From an uncultured Candidatus Saccharibacteria bacterium (GTDB lineage: Bacteria > Patescibacteriota > Minisyncoccia > UBA6257 > 2-01-FULL-56-20), in the NCBI GenBank assembly GCA_964360585.1, contig CAYHXC010000008.1, forward strand, positions 8 through 64,007: DNA of 64,000 nt. Direction: 5' to 3'. This document shows positions 55,149 through 64,000 of this stretch, piece after piece (position 1 is the stretch's first letter; each line of letters starts with the position of its first letter). The notes beneath the pieces are model-generated. The model did not search any database. It was not told the DNA's origin and was given only the letters and a program-made list of their open reading frames with translations. The translations under genes and the position numbers were made by a program.

Positions 55149-56483
55149 ATGAATAAAAACATTTCAGGTCGTCATATACACTTTTTATTAATCAGCGCGG
55201 CGGTACTCCTGGGAGTAATGCTCCTTTCGCCGTTAGCACATGCCGCCACCCTCACGTTTAGTCAGTCGAGCGTGAACCTGGGGTCCGGACAAAACACCTC
55301 GGTCACAATAAGCGGCGGATCGGGATCATACTACGTTTCCGGGAATACCAATCCGAATGGCGTGACAATTGGCATCAGTGGAACAAACATGACCTTAACC
55401 GCCAATAACGGAGCGGCTAACGCCTCAATCACCATCTGTGACGCCGTCGAAACAACTTCCTGCGGCACGATTACAACCACCGCCAATACCTCCAGCAACA
55501 CCTCCGGTTCGGGTATAACCTTTACCCCTGGCAGTCTTTCCATGACCGTTGGATCGAGTCAGTCAGTTACCATTTCGGGAAATGGACCGTATTTCATTTC
55601 CGCCGGCGCTAATCCTTCTATCGCTAGCATTACCTTAGGTACAAGTACGCTCACCGTAACCAGCGCCGGTGATGGAACGACCAGCGTTACGATCTGTCAG
55701 CAGTCAGGCGGCAACTGCGGCACCTTTTCTGCAACTATCGCCGGCGGGGCCTCAAGTAACGTTTACTTCAGCCCTAATAACCCTTCAGTGGCGGTGGGCC
55801 AAAACCTGAACGTCACCATTTCCGGCTCATCTGGATCCTATACTCTTTCCAATAACTCCAATCCAAACCAGTTAAACGCCGGCATAAGCGGAAAGACCCT
55901 CACGCTAACGGGAAGAGAAATTGGTTCAGCCATTCTGAATATCTGTAGCACAACCAACATCTGTAACTTCCTTACCGTTACCATCGCCCCAGGCACAACA
56001 ACAACAACACCCCCAGCCACAACGGCAACACCCACCTACACCACACCAATTACGACAACCGTCGCCCCCACAAATATCTCCAGTGGTTTCGCGGTTCTTC
56101 TTCTGAATCAGATCCAATCCATGGAGGGTCAGCTGACCCAGTTCCAAAACCAACTCACCCAGCTCAAAGTAGCTCTGCAGGCCTTGGTGAGCGGCAAGAC
56201 CGGTAGCACCGGAACGACGACGAGCGGAAACTTTGGTTCGGTGGTCTCAAGCGTCACGCCGGGCAAATACTTCTTCACCATACCGCTTGTGCTCGGTGAC
56301 AGCGGCAACGAGGTGACTGAACTCCAAAAACGGCTCATCTCCCTCGGATTCCTCCCAGCCGGATCGGCAAGCGGTTACTTCGGCTCATTGACCCAGCAGG
56401 CGGTTATGAAATACCAAATTGCACGCGGACTCACTCCGCTCGGCAACGTTGGTCCTGGAACACGCGCCGAACTGAATAAGTAA
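55149..56483 (+). CDS. Secreted S/T/G-rich repeat protein with C-terminal peptidoglycan-binding domain
   Basis: Signal peptide; three ~85-aa Ig-like repeats; EVTELQKRL...GYFGSLTQQAVMKYQ. Confidence 0.88.
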   Translation: MNKNISGRHIHFLLISAAVLLGVMLLSPLAHAATLTFSQSSVNLGSGQNTSVTISGGSGSYYVSGNTNPNGVTIGISGTNMTLTANNGAANASITICDAVETTSCGTITTTANTSSNTSGSGITFTPGSLSMTVGSSQSVTISGNGPYFISAGANPSIASITLGTSTLTVTSAGDGTTSVTICQQSGGNCGTFSATIAGGASSNVYFSPNNPSVAVGQNLNVTISGSSGSYTLSNNSNPNQLNAGISGKTLTLTGREIGSAILNICSTTNICNFLTVTIAPGTTTTTPPATTATPTYTTPITTTVAPTNISSGFAVLLLNQIQSMEGQLTQFQNQLTQLKVALQALVSGKTGSTGTTTSGNFGSVVSSVTPGKYFFTIPLVLGDSGNEVTELQKRLISLGFLPAGSASGYFGSLTQQAVMKYQIARGLTPLGNVGPGTRAELNK

Positions 56484-56497
56484 GCGGTTAGAAAATA

Positions 56498-59179
56498 TTA
56501 AATTGTTGCCAACGCTCTCTCGTGCATTCGGGAGAGCGTTTTTCGTATCTCTTCTAGAACAAGGACGGAAAACGCTACTGCTATGGCCACACCCCATTCG
56601 TTCAAACTCAAGGGAACAGTGTGGAGATACTTCTGCATCAGCGGATGATAGATCGCAAAAATTTGGAGAACAAAAACGAGCGCAGTCGCTCCCACCAACG
56701 CTCTATTTTCCAAAAGACCGGACGAGAAAACTGACTTGCTCTCGCTCTTCGCATTCCAAGCGTTAAACCACTGGAAGATCGCGAGCGTGGTCAACGACAT
56801 CGTGAGCGCTTTTGGCATATCGGTCGGAAAATAAAACGAAAAAATATAGATTGAGCCAACAGCAATAATCGCTCCCATAAAGATCATCCGGAGCGTCATT
56901 CCGAAATCAACAATATACTTCGATGGCTTTTTAAACGCACCATCCAAAAGTCCTTTCTCCTTGGGCTCCATGGCGAGCGCTACGGTTAGAAATCCGTCGG
57001 TCACGAAGTTCAGCCAGATAATCTGCGTTGGTAAAACGGGCAGTGGGAAACCGAGAAGCATGGCGCCGACAATCGCAAACACTTCACCGATACTTGTTGA
57101 AAAAAGATAGAGAATAACTTTCTTGATCGTTTTATAGATATTTCTCCCCTCCTCGACCGCCGCAATAATATTTCCAAAATTATCATCGAGAAGAACTATA
57201 TCCGCCGCTTCTTTGGCCACCTCCGTTCCCACCTTCCCCATCGCCACACCAAGATCAGCCGCCGCGAGTGACGGCGCATCATTTACCCCGTCGCCGGTCA
57301 TCGCCACCACCTCGCCTCGCTTTCTAAAAAGTTCAATGATCCGCATCTTGTGATCGGGCGCCACGCGCGCAAAAACACTCGTGTGTCCCAAGCGGCTCAG
57401 TAGTTCACGATCGGAAAGTTTTTCCAACTCCTCACCGGTAATGATGCCGTCGTGGTCATCCGCCAGGCCTGCCTCGTGCGCAATTGCCCGGGCCGTCACC
57501 ATGTGATCACCGGTCATCATAACCACCCGAATCCCCGCCTGTCTGGCCTCAAAAATTGCCTGCTTTGCTTCTTCCCGCAAAGGATCTTTGATCCCGAAAA
57601 AACCGCCAAAAATAAGATGGGGCATTGTCTCTCCTGAAACCGATTCCGGTCCGTCCGCCAGATAGGCGAAAGCCAAAACACGCAAACCATCTTTCGACAT
57701 CTCCGAAAAAACATTTTCGAGGTCAGCTTTCCGTTCGGAGGTAAGCGGAATTGACCCCTCCTCTTTCGCCACACGATTACAAAAACCTAAAACCCGTTCC
57801 GGCGCTCCCACCACCGTTAAAAGATGCGCCGTGTGGAGTTTGTGAATCGTGGCGTGATACTTCGTCGTGTAATCAAACGGCAACTCGAAGATTTTCGGCG
57901 ACTCCCGCTCACCATCCTTAAAACCGACCTTCCGGGCAAACACCTCAAGCGCCGCCTCGGTCGGATCACCGGAAACTTTCCAGATCTTTTTTTCTTCGAG
58001 ATACATGGCGTGGGCGTTGGCCGAAAAAAAGGCCGATCGGGCGGCGAGCAACAACCCCGGATGATTCAGCGGCTCAACCGGCGATCCATGAAAAAGAACA
58101 TCCCCTTTTGGCTCATAGCCGACACCCTGGACTTCAAATGTTTCTCCGCCGACATACACTTTCTGAAGCATCATCTCATTCCTCGTGAGCGTACCGGTTT
58201 TATCGACGGCAATTATTTTCGCCTGCCCCAAAGCTTCAACCGCCTGCATTTTTTTGACTAGCACATTCTGGCTGGTCATCCGCCAAACGCCGGTCGCAAG
58301 CACTAAGGTCATCACAATCGGCAATCCTTCGGGGATAACTGAAACGGCCAGCGAAATTGCCGTGGCCAGCATTGTTTCAAATGACTCACCCCTAAGAACG
58401 CCAAAAACCACGAGCCCGCCACTCATCACAAAAACCACAGCAATAATCGCCCGGGACAAAAGTTCAATGCTCCGCTTCAATGGCACTTCCGTATCAATAG
58501 AAGCTACTGCTTCAGAAATTTTTCCAATCTCGGTTTTTACCCCCGTCCGAACAGCTACTGCCCGGCCGTGTCCCCCAATCACATTCGTTCCTTTAAAGAC
58601 CATATTTTTTTGGTCAGGAATCGAAATCGTTTCACGGGGCAGATCGTCCGCAATTTTTGATACTGGCACTGACTCGCCCGTCAGGCTCGACTCGTTCAGT
58701 TTTAAAGACTCTGAAGAAATGACCCGTGCGTCAGCCGGCACCTTGTCACCCTCCTGGAGAATAAGAATATCGCCCGGCACAACCTCCCGATCGGGCACAA
58801 CCATAATCTCACCCTCACGCATCACCGACGCCGATGTCTCCACAAACTGTCGCAAAGCAAAAAGTGTTTTCTGGGCCTTTCCTTCTTGAATGGTTCCGAC
58901 AATCGCATTAAAGAAAAGAACAAGGAGAATAATCACGGCGTCAACCGTCTCTCCGGTATAAAAAACCAAAGCCGCCGCGCCGATCAGGATATAGATGAGC
59001 GGACTCAAAAACTGGGCAAGAAAAATACGAACGACACCCGGCGCTTTTTTGTCCGGCAAAGCATTTGGACCATACTCCTTGAGACGTCTCTTTACCTCCT
59101 CTGCGACAAGTCCTGACTCTTCCGTCTGAAAAGCAGAAAAAAGATCCTCTTCCGAAGCCGCGTACCAAGCTGTGTCCAT
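56498..59179 (-). CDS. Cation-transporting P-type ATPase (P2A-like)
   Basis: LTGES, IPEGL, DKTGTLT, TGDGVNDAP. Confidence 0.95.
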   Translation of the reverse strand: MDTAWYAASEEDLFSAFQTEESGLVAEEVKRRLKEYGPNALPDKKAPGVVRIFLAQFLSPLIYILIGAAALVFYTGETVDAVIILLVLFFNAIVGTIQEGKAQKTLFALRQFVETSASVMREGEIMVVPDREVVPGDILILQEGDKVPADARVISSESLKLNESSLTGESVPVSKIADDLPRETISIPDQKNMVFKGTNVIGGHGRAVAVRTGVKTEIGKISEAVASIDTEVPLKRSIELLSRAIIAVVFVMSGGLVVFGVLRGESFETMLATAISLAVSVIPEGLPIVMTLVLATGVWRMTSQNVLVKKMQAVEALGQAKIIAVDKTGTLTRNEMMLQKVYVGGETFEVQGVGYEPKGDVLFHGSPVEPLNHPGLLLAARSAFFSANAHAMYLEEKKIWKVSGDPTEAALEVFARKVGFKDGERESPKIFELPFDYTTKYHATIHKLHTAHLLTVVGAPERVLGFCNRVAKEEGSIPLTSERKADLENVFSEMSKDGLRVLAFAYLADGPESVSGETMPHLIFGGFFGIKDPLREEAKQAIFEARQAGIRVVMMTGDHMVTARAIAHEAGLADDHDGIITGEELEKLSDRELLSRLGHTSVFARVAPDHKMRIIELFRKRGEVVAMTGDGVNDAPSLAAADLGVAMGKVGTEVAKEAADIVLLDDNFGNIIAAVEEGRNIYKTIKKVILYLFSTSIGEVFAIVGAMLLGFPLPVLPTQIIWLNFVTDGFLTVALAMEPKEKGLLDGAFKKPSKYIVDFGMTLRMIFMGAIIAVGSIYIFSFYFPTDMPKALTMSLTTLAIFQWFNAWNAKSESKSVFSSGLLENRALVGATALVFVLQIFAIYHPLMQKYLHTVPLSLNEWGVAIAVAFSVLVLEEIRKTLSRMHERALATI

Positions 59180-59255
59180 ATCATTTATTTTATCACGAAA
59201 AAAAATAGGACGGCTTCCGCCGCTTATTGAAACCCGAGTGCATTTATTTCCTCAA

Positions 59256-59361
59256 CAAAAAGCACCAGCTACAAGGCTTGTCCGAGCACTGCTAGCGAAC
59301 TGTACTCAACGTACAGAGAGTGCAGCGCGGAGGACGTAACGCAGTAACTGGTGCTTTTTTG
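59256..59361. repeat. MITE-like inverted-repeat element
   Basis: AAAAAGCACCAGCTAC ... GTAACTGGTGCTTTTT arms with an internal GTAC-N5-GTAC hairpin. Confidence 0.6.
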
Positions 59362-59370
59362 TAGAAAATC

Positions 59371-59625
59371 CTAAGAGAGGTGTTTGGAGACCAATTTAGT
59401 CATCTCAAACATACTAACGGTCTTTTTTCCGCCGAAAACCTTCAGGAGCTTCTCATCGGCATTGATGTTTCGCTTATTCTCTGAATCCTGCAAACCGTGC
59501 TTTTTGATGTAGACCCAGAGACCTTTCACCACCTCCGAGCGCGGCATCGGACCCTTGCCAATGACTGCCTCGAGTTCATCACTCAAGTTCATCGGCTTCA
59601 TAAACGCTGAATTCGCTTTTGCCAT
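59371..59625 (-). CDS. SWIB/MDM2 domain protein
   Basis: LSDELEAVIG..PMPRSEVVKGLWVYIKKHGLQD...MFEMTKLVSKHL. Confidence 0.93.
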   Translation of the reverse strand: MAKANSAFMKPMNLSDELEAVIGKGPMPRSEVVKGLWVYIKKHGLQDSENKRNINADEKLLKVFGGKKTVSMFEMTKLVSKHLS

Positions 59626-59801
59626 ATGTTTTTAGGTTTATTTAGACTTTCATTAAGGGTACCCTACTCTCGGAAAAGGGCAAGTTAGCCCATCCCCACC
59701 TTGTCAATACAGGAAAACCGACCCATTTCCCATTATTTACAAATTCGCTTTCTCATTCTATTGTCTTTTTGGCAATATCTCTTCACCTCGGAGGTATACT
59801 C

Positions 59802-60014
59802 ATGGCGGAACCGGAACCATCACTCCTAACCCTGCTGTGGCACTATATTTGGTACAATCTGTGGTTTTTGTATGTTCCTCTCAGCTTCGTGGGACTGTTC
59901 GTTCTTACTGGGTTTGAGCCCCTTGCGCTCATTCTCCAAAGCGGCGGAGGGACTATCTTACTCCTCTTCGTTATCACTGCCTTCCTCTGGAAGCAAACCA
60001 CCAGGGATCCATAA
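59802..60014 (+). CDS. Small membrane protein
   Basis: SD GGAGGT; two hydrophobic segments; hairpin at the stop. Confidence 0.6.
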   Translation: MAEPEPSLLTLLWHYIWYNLWFLYVPLSFVGLFVLTGFEPLALILQSGGGTILLLFVITAFLWKQTTRDP

Positions 60015-60059
60015 TCGGATCCTTTTTTGTTTTCCCAAATAAAAAGCCCAGCATTTCTG

Positions 60060-60296
60060 CTAGGCCGTACTTCGGCGACGATACTCGGTCACCCGATATG
60101 GCTTCTGGTCCCCTTTGGGAGGAAAATTCTTGAGATCTGACCTTCGGCCCTCGATCAGACCATGCCCTTGGAGTTGTTTGAGATAGCGTCGAAATCTTTT
60201 CTTGGGACCACCGAACTTAGGGATGTGGGGTTGCCGCCATTCGGTGAAGCTCAACATTGCGAGAATATCTTTAGCTCGGCGTGACGGTCGGAACAT
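60060..60296 (-). CDS. Small basic protein, possibly wHTH-like
   Basis: SD AAGGAG; YLKQLQGHGLIE pattern; terminator overlapping the stop. Confidence 0.55.
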   Translation of the reverse strand: MFRPSRRAKDILAMLSFTEWRQPHIPKFGGPKKRFRRYLKQLQGHGLIEGRRSDLKNFPPKGDQKPYRVTEYRRRSTA

Positions 60297-60366
60297 GATG
60301 GACTCCTTTCTGGAGGTAGATTATGGATCGCCCCTCATAGAAAGTCAACGGAGAAAATACCGAAGA

Positions 60367-60564
60367 TCAATTCTTTTTCTTCCGCCCGACCGCCTTATAC
60401 CGTCCGGGCTTGCCTCGCCGAAGCCTCTCGGCATAGGCGGGCCAGCAAATCGGACACACCGGTTGATCCTTGCTCTTATAAAACCGATGCCCACGACTAC
60501 AGACCTTGTAGTGAGCCTGTCGAACCATCGTTAACTTTCCTTTTATCTTTCTCGGGGCAGGCAT
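60367..60564 (-). CDS. Small basic Cys/His protein
   Basis: CSRGH...CPICWP; carries an in-frame GGTTCGACAGGCTCAC repeat. Confidence 0.6.
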   Translation of the reverse strand: MPAPRKIKGKLTMVRQAHYKVCSRGHRFYKSKDQPVCPICWPAYAERLRRGKPGRYKAVGRKKKN

Positions 60565-60660
60565 ACTTACAGCATACCAAATACACTCGTGAATTCTCCA
60601 TTAGAATTGACACCTGTACAGGCATAATTTAATCTACAGCCAGCACGAAAGGAGACAGGG

Positions 60661-61410
60661 GTGGATAACCTTCAGGAAGAAGCTCGAATGAATTTCGAAG
60701 CTCTCCTAAAAAATCGCTATCCCGGACGCAGCATTGTCATGGGAGGCGATCCTTCTGGCGAATACGTGATTCAAGTCTACTGGATCATGGCAAGGAAGGA
60801 AGAGCATCGTAATCGGGTGCTGGTGGACCGAGGTGACCGCATCATGACTGACGTCGCCGACACCACAAAGCCACGAAGGGACTCTTCAATCACCATCTAT
60901 AACGCCATGCGTGAGAGAAAAGGGTTCTACGTGGTAAGCAATGGCGAGCATACCGATACAGTGCTCGAGCAATGCATGGATGATGGATTTGAATTTTCCC
61001 ATGCGATGCGACATCTGGAATACGAACCGGACAAGCCCACGCATACTTCTCGGATAATGGCTATGTACTGTCACGATCCGATCACCGCTCTTCAGCCTTA
61101 TTTCCAAATCGGAATCGTGCGGAAATCCGCCCATGGAGCAGGTTGCGAGAGAAATGTCTATCAATACGACTCCTTCCCTCGGGGCTTTGGTGTCTGCATC
61201 ACGACCTACAAGCATGACGGCGATCCTCCACCGACTTTCTGCAACGATCCATATCTCCTGCGAATCGCCTACACAGATCCATACACGATTGCTTTGCAAT
61301 TCTGGAGTGCGCTGGATGAAGAAAACCGCGTCGCTCTGGCGGTAAAATCCATTAACGTCAAAAGCGGCGAAAGCACCTTCAAGATCATCAACAAGTACAA
61401 GAAAGTATAA
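60661..61410 (+). CDS. IMP cyclohydrolase-like protein (PurO-like fold)
   Basis: NRYPGRSIVMG, YWIMAR...RNR, VSNGEHTD, YEPD.P.HTSRI, W.ALD.ENRVAL, IINK. Confidence 0.82.
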   Translation: MDNLQEEARMNFEALLKNRYPGRSIVMGGDPSGEYVIQVYWIMARKEEHRNRVLVDRGDRIMTDVADTTKPRRDSSITIYNAMRERKGFYVVSNGEHTDTVLEQCMDDGFEFSHAMRHLEYEPDKPTHTSRIMAMYCHDPITALQPYFQIGIVRKSAHGAGCERNVYQYDSFPRGFGVCITTYKHDGDPPPTFCNDPYLLRIAYTDPYTIALQFWSALDEENRVALAVKSINVKSGESTFKIINKYKKV

Positions 61411-61517
61411 CCACCGCCCCAATCGGTGGTTTTTTATTTTCATAACATCTAAGCCTAATCATTGTCATTGCGCCTGTCCAGCCAGGGAGGAGTAAAGCGA
61501 CGTGGCAATCTTTTACC

Positions 61518-61904
61518 CTATCTTTCCCAAACTGTATCAGTTGGCGCAAAATCTACCTGGTACTCTGGAATACCGAGAGCAATACCATACTCTTTCGCAT
61601 CTTTATATAAAACTGGATTCGCTCGATCAACTTTAAAAACTTTATCCTTGTAGATAATGTAATGGTACTTATCGTTTTTATAATCAGCGTACCAGTAGTT
61701 TCTGTCGAGTGCTTCGCTTACTTTTTTCGTTACCTCATCAATTTTATCTTCAACAATTTCCACAGTATGCAATGTCCACTGTTTCAACCACGGCGTTTTG
61801 TGCTTCTCCTGAATCGGATCCACCTTTGTGGAAATAATTTTCACCTCGTTCAAAACGGATGCATCGCATAAACTCTCTTCAATAATAATTCCGCGGTAGT
61901 TCAT
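61518..61904 (-). CDS. Hypothetical protein
   Basis: GIIIEESL...WTLHTV...WYADY...GIPEYQVDF; last gene of a three-gene run. Confidence 0.8.
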   Translation of the reverse strand: MNYRGIIIEESLCDASVLNEVKIISTKVDPIQEKHKTPWLKQWTLHTVEIVEDKIDEVTKKVSEALDRNYWYADYKNDKYHYIIYKDKVFKVDRANPVLYKDAKEYGIALGIPEYQVDFAPTDTVWER

Positions 61905-61910
61905 TGCGTT

Positions 61911-62423
61911 TCACAAAATCTTTTTTCGAAGGTAAGGCGAAAAATACTTCAAATACTTTTCCTGAATATCTTTCCTCTGCCAATCGTCCGGACTGATTCT
62001 TTTCCTGCACGCCTTCGTGCCACACCGACAATCAAACCCATCATAAGCCGTTTCACAAAAGGCATAATCAAAAACCAACTCCTCTCCTGGTTCGATATCC
62101 CGCATCGCGATAAAAACAGTTGAACTTGAAAAACCAATATTGGGTTCACACGAATGGTTAAACACTCCGTACTTTTCCAACTCTTCTCGCGTAGTCGGGG
62201 CGACAAAAAAATCATCATCGATCTGAATCCCAACCTGAGTCATCAGTCCTCGATATTCCCGTATGTCCTTCCGATGAACAATAACGCCGCCAAGCACACC
62301 CACTGGCTCGTCTTTCAAAATCTTTTCTTTAGTAAAAACACCTGTGCCCTCAATACCCGAAGGCCGCGATTCTGCTTTTGGATTCAACCACCGATGCCCC
62401 CACCGTTCGTGTAAATCTTGCAT
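61911..62423 (-). CDS. SET domain protein with post-SET cysteines
   Basis: GTGVF, FNHSCEPN, RDIEPGEELVFDY, CRCGTKACR. Confidence 0.92.
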   Translation of the reverse strand: MQDLHERWGHRWLNPKAESRPSGIEGTGVFTKEKILKDEPVGVLGGVIVHRKDIREYRGLMTQVGIQIDDDFFVAPTTREELEKYGVFNHSCEPNIGFSSSTVFIAMRDIEPGEELVFDYAFCETAYDGFDCRCGTKACRKRISPDDWQRKDIQEKYLKYFSPYLRKKIL

Positions 62424-62425
62424 AT

Positions 62426-62800
62426 TTATTTCACCGGCGAGTAAAACACTAACTTGTATCCGTCCGGATCTTTGACCACGAACTCGCGCTTGCCCCATGA
62501 CCAGGTTTTCGGTTCGGTCCGTGGCTCAACATCACTCTTTTTTACAAACTCAAAATACTGATCGACGTCATCAACTTCGACATAGGTATAGATTCCTAAT
62601 CCTTTTGGCGTTTTCCCAGACTCATTCTGAATCGCTGTAGTGTTCTCATCAATAAAAGCCAGAGTAAAATCCCCCAATTTGACCCGCACCCCATCATTGC
62701 TTTTCTGCGGCTCAAAACCAAGCTTCTTATAAAACTCAAAAGTGTTCTCCAAGTTACTAGCGTAGAAAAGATTGGAGTGTAAACGTTTGATCATATTCAC
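62426..62800 (-). CDS. VOC/glyoxalase family protein
   Basis: FYKKLGF, VEVDDVD, WGKREFVVKDPDGY. Confidence 0.9.
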   Translation of the reverse strand: MNMIKRLHSNLFYASNLENTFEFYKKLGFEPQKSNDGVRVKLGDFTLAFIDENTTAIQNESGKTPKGLGIYTYVEVDDVDQYFEFVKKSDVEPRTEPKTWSWGKREFVVKDPDGYKLVFYSPVK

Positions 62801-62878
62801 TACCCACTATACCTTCACCCTCCCAACTTTTCCAGTAAAAAGCTGAGGGGCAAGTCCCTATACCCTTTACCCTATTCC

Positions 62879-63250
62879 CTAGTTTTTGCTGTAATCAAAC
62901 CAGACAACTTCGATATTGTGGCCGTCGGCGTCGTGAACAAACGCAGCGTAATATCCTGGCCAGTACTCTTTGCGATACCCTGGCACGCCGTTATCCTTCG
63001 CGCCCGCTTCTAGCGCCGTTTTGTAAAACGCATCTACCTCTTCCTTATTCTTAGCCTCAAAAGCCACGTGGCTCGGCACGACGCCTTTAGGATTCGTCGA
63101 GATCCAAAAATCCGTATTCTTCCCATCGTTAAATCCCGCCGCCTCGCCGTACTCCATATTCTGTTTGTACCCCAACGTCGCCAAAACCTTGGTATAAAAC
63201 TCCTTCGCCTTCTGATAATTACCGACGGGCAATGATGTATGTGCAATCAT
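62879..63250 (-). CDS. VOC/glyoxalase family protein
   Basis: HVAF, DNGVPGYR, YYAAFVHDADGHNIEVV. Confidence 0.92.
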   Translation of the reverse strand: MIAHTSLPVGNYQKAKEFYTKVLATLGYKQNMEYGEAAGFNDGKNTDFWISTNPKGVVPSHVAFEAKNKEEVDAFYKTALEAGAKDNGVPGYRKEYWPGYYAAFVHDADGHNIEVVWFDYSKN

Positions 63251-63363
63251 AGGAGTAGTATAGCAGATACTACAATGAAAATTCGGCTAGGAATTACAAA
63301 GGAAAAGGCGCCGTACCCGAAGGTCGTGCGCCTGATGCAATACTACGAACTTGCCGTTCGTTC

Positions 63364-63900
63364 CTAGCTGGGAATCGGGCCCGGGCGAATTCCCCACTCG
63401 TCGTACTTCTTGTTGAAGACGGGGGGATTCAGACGCCACATCTGGCCGCGATTCTTGGGGCTTTCGAGAAGGACATCGCCGGGATTGATATCCACGGGAC
63501 CTTCAGCCGTCTCGAACTTTCCCGACTCGGCGATGACACCCACCACGATGGCCGGCTTGGTCTTCGTCGCTCGGTAGAGCGAGACGTCGTAACCCTGCTT
63601 CATCCAGAAGTCGTGGATGATACGGCCGCGCTCGTCGTCTTCTGGACGAACGGGAGCGACGATCTCGTAAAACGTTTCGTGCTCGTTGTTGGGGTAGATG
63701 TCGTCCGGCGTGAGCCCGGTGATCCAGTAGCCTTGTCCGGCATCAACTTCCTTCATACCCCCACCCCAACCTTTGGGCAAGGGAAAACTCGCCTTCCCTG
63801 GCACCTCGCAAACAACCACTTCGGCCCCAGGCGCCGGAAACGCGTGCCCACTCGTACCGTTCAGCAACTTCGGCAAATTGGACGAACTGAAATTCCTCAT
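63364..63900 (-). CDS. PGDYG-like domain protein
   Basis: FETAEGPVDINPGDVLL...GQMW...FNKKY; SD GAGGAGG. Confidence 0.65.
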   Translation of the reverse strand: MRNFSSSNLPKLLNGTSGHAFPAPGAEVVVCEVPGKASFPLPKGWGGGMKEVDAGQGYWITGLTPDDIYPNNEHETFYEIVAPVRPEDDERGRIIHDFWMKQGYDVSLYRATKTKPAIVVGVIAESGKFETAEGPVDINPGDVLLESPKNRGQMWRLNPPVFNKKYDEWGIRPGPIPS

Positions 63901-64000
63901 CACTATCCTCCTCAAAGAGCGTTTGATATCGTGGCGACATGCCAAGATTCGGCTTACATTATACTACTATTATATATTCTGTCAAGCTTCATTGTACAAT

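Noticed and set aside
63940-63960. RNase P RNA 3' motif (ATTCGGCTTA)
   Set aside because: No GAGGAAAGTCC 5' motif upstream, and the region overlaps a credible CDS
1-64000. CRISPR array, integron, DGR or prophage
   Set aside because: No regularly spaced repeats, integrase, attC pattern, reverse transcriptase or virion genes seen; differences between duplicated gene ends are not adenine-specific
1-64000. Genetic code 25 (TGA = Gly)
   Set aside because: Long conserved genes are open in code 11, and TGA ends credible genes such as those stopping at 25144 and 61911

Overview
Bacterial chromosomal window, code 11, most consistent with Patescibacteria/CPR (Parcubacteria-like). This is inferred from gene content, the many leaderless genes, pilin/LamG/PG-binding surface proteins and short palindromic repeats. 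No rRNA, tRNA or CRISPR array was recognised. The first ~15.8 kb is an accessory hotspot. A 9-kb segment bounded by direct repeats of the 3' part of a ydeI/OmdA-like gene holds two tandem SLOG (LSDAT-like) genes, a large Pol-beta-type nucleotidyltransferase and a four-gene operon: pseudokinase, vWA protein, divergent adenylosuccinate synthetase (PurA-like) and a SAM-like-domain protein. This is the best candidate for an uncharacterised nucleotide-centred conflict or signalling system. Orphan, synonymously diverged 3' gene ends (DUF817, ydeI, obgE) sit beside intact copies and look like scars of one-sided homologous DNA capture. The rest holds single-gene cassettes with their own promoter, SD and terminator, a MITE family with CTAG ends, REP-like palindromes (some inserted in frame in proteins such as Gnd), a pilin-LamG gene, a 2580-aa adhesin and housekeeping genes (gpsA, glpK, obgE, zwf, gnd, truB, uppP, mscL, rlmB, P-type ATPase). 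All family calls come from motif recognition by eye; no searches were run.
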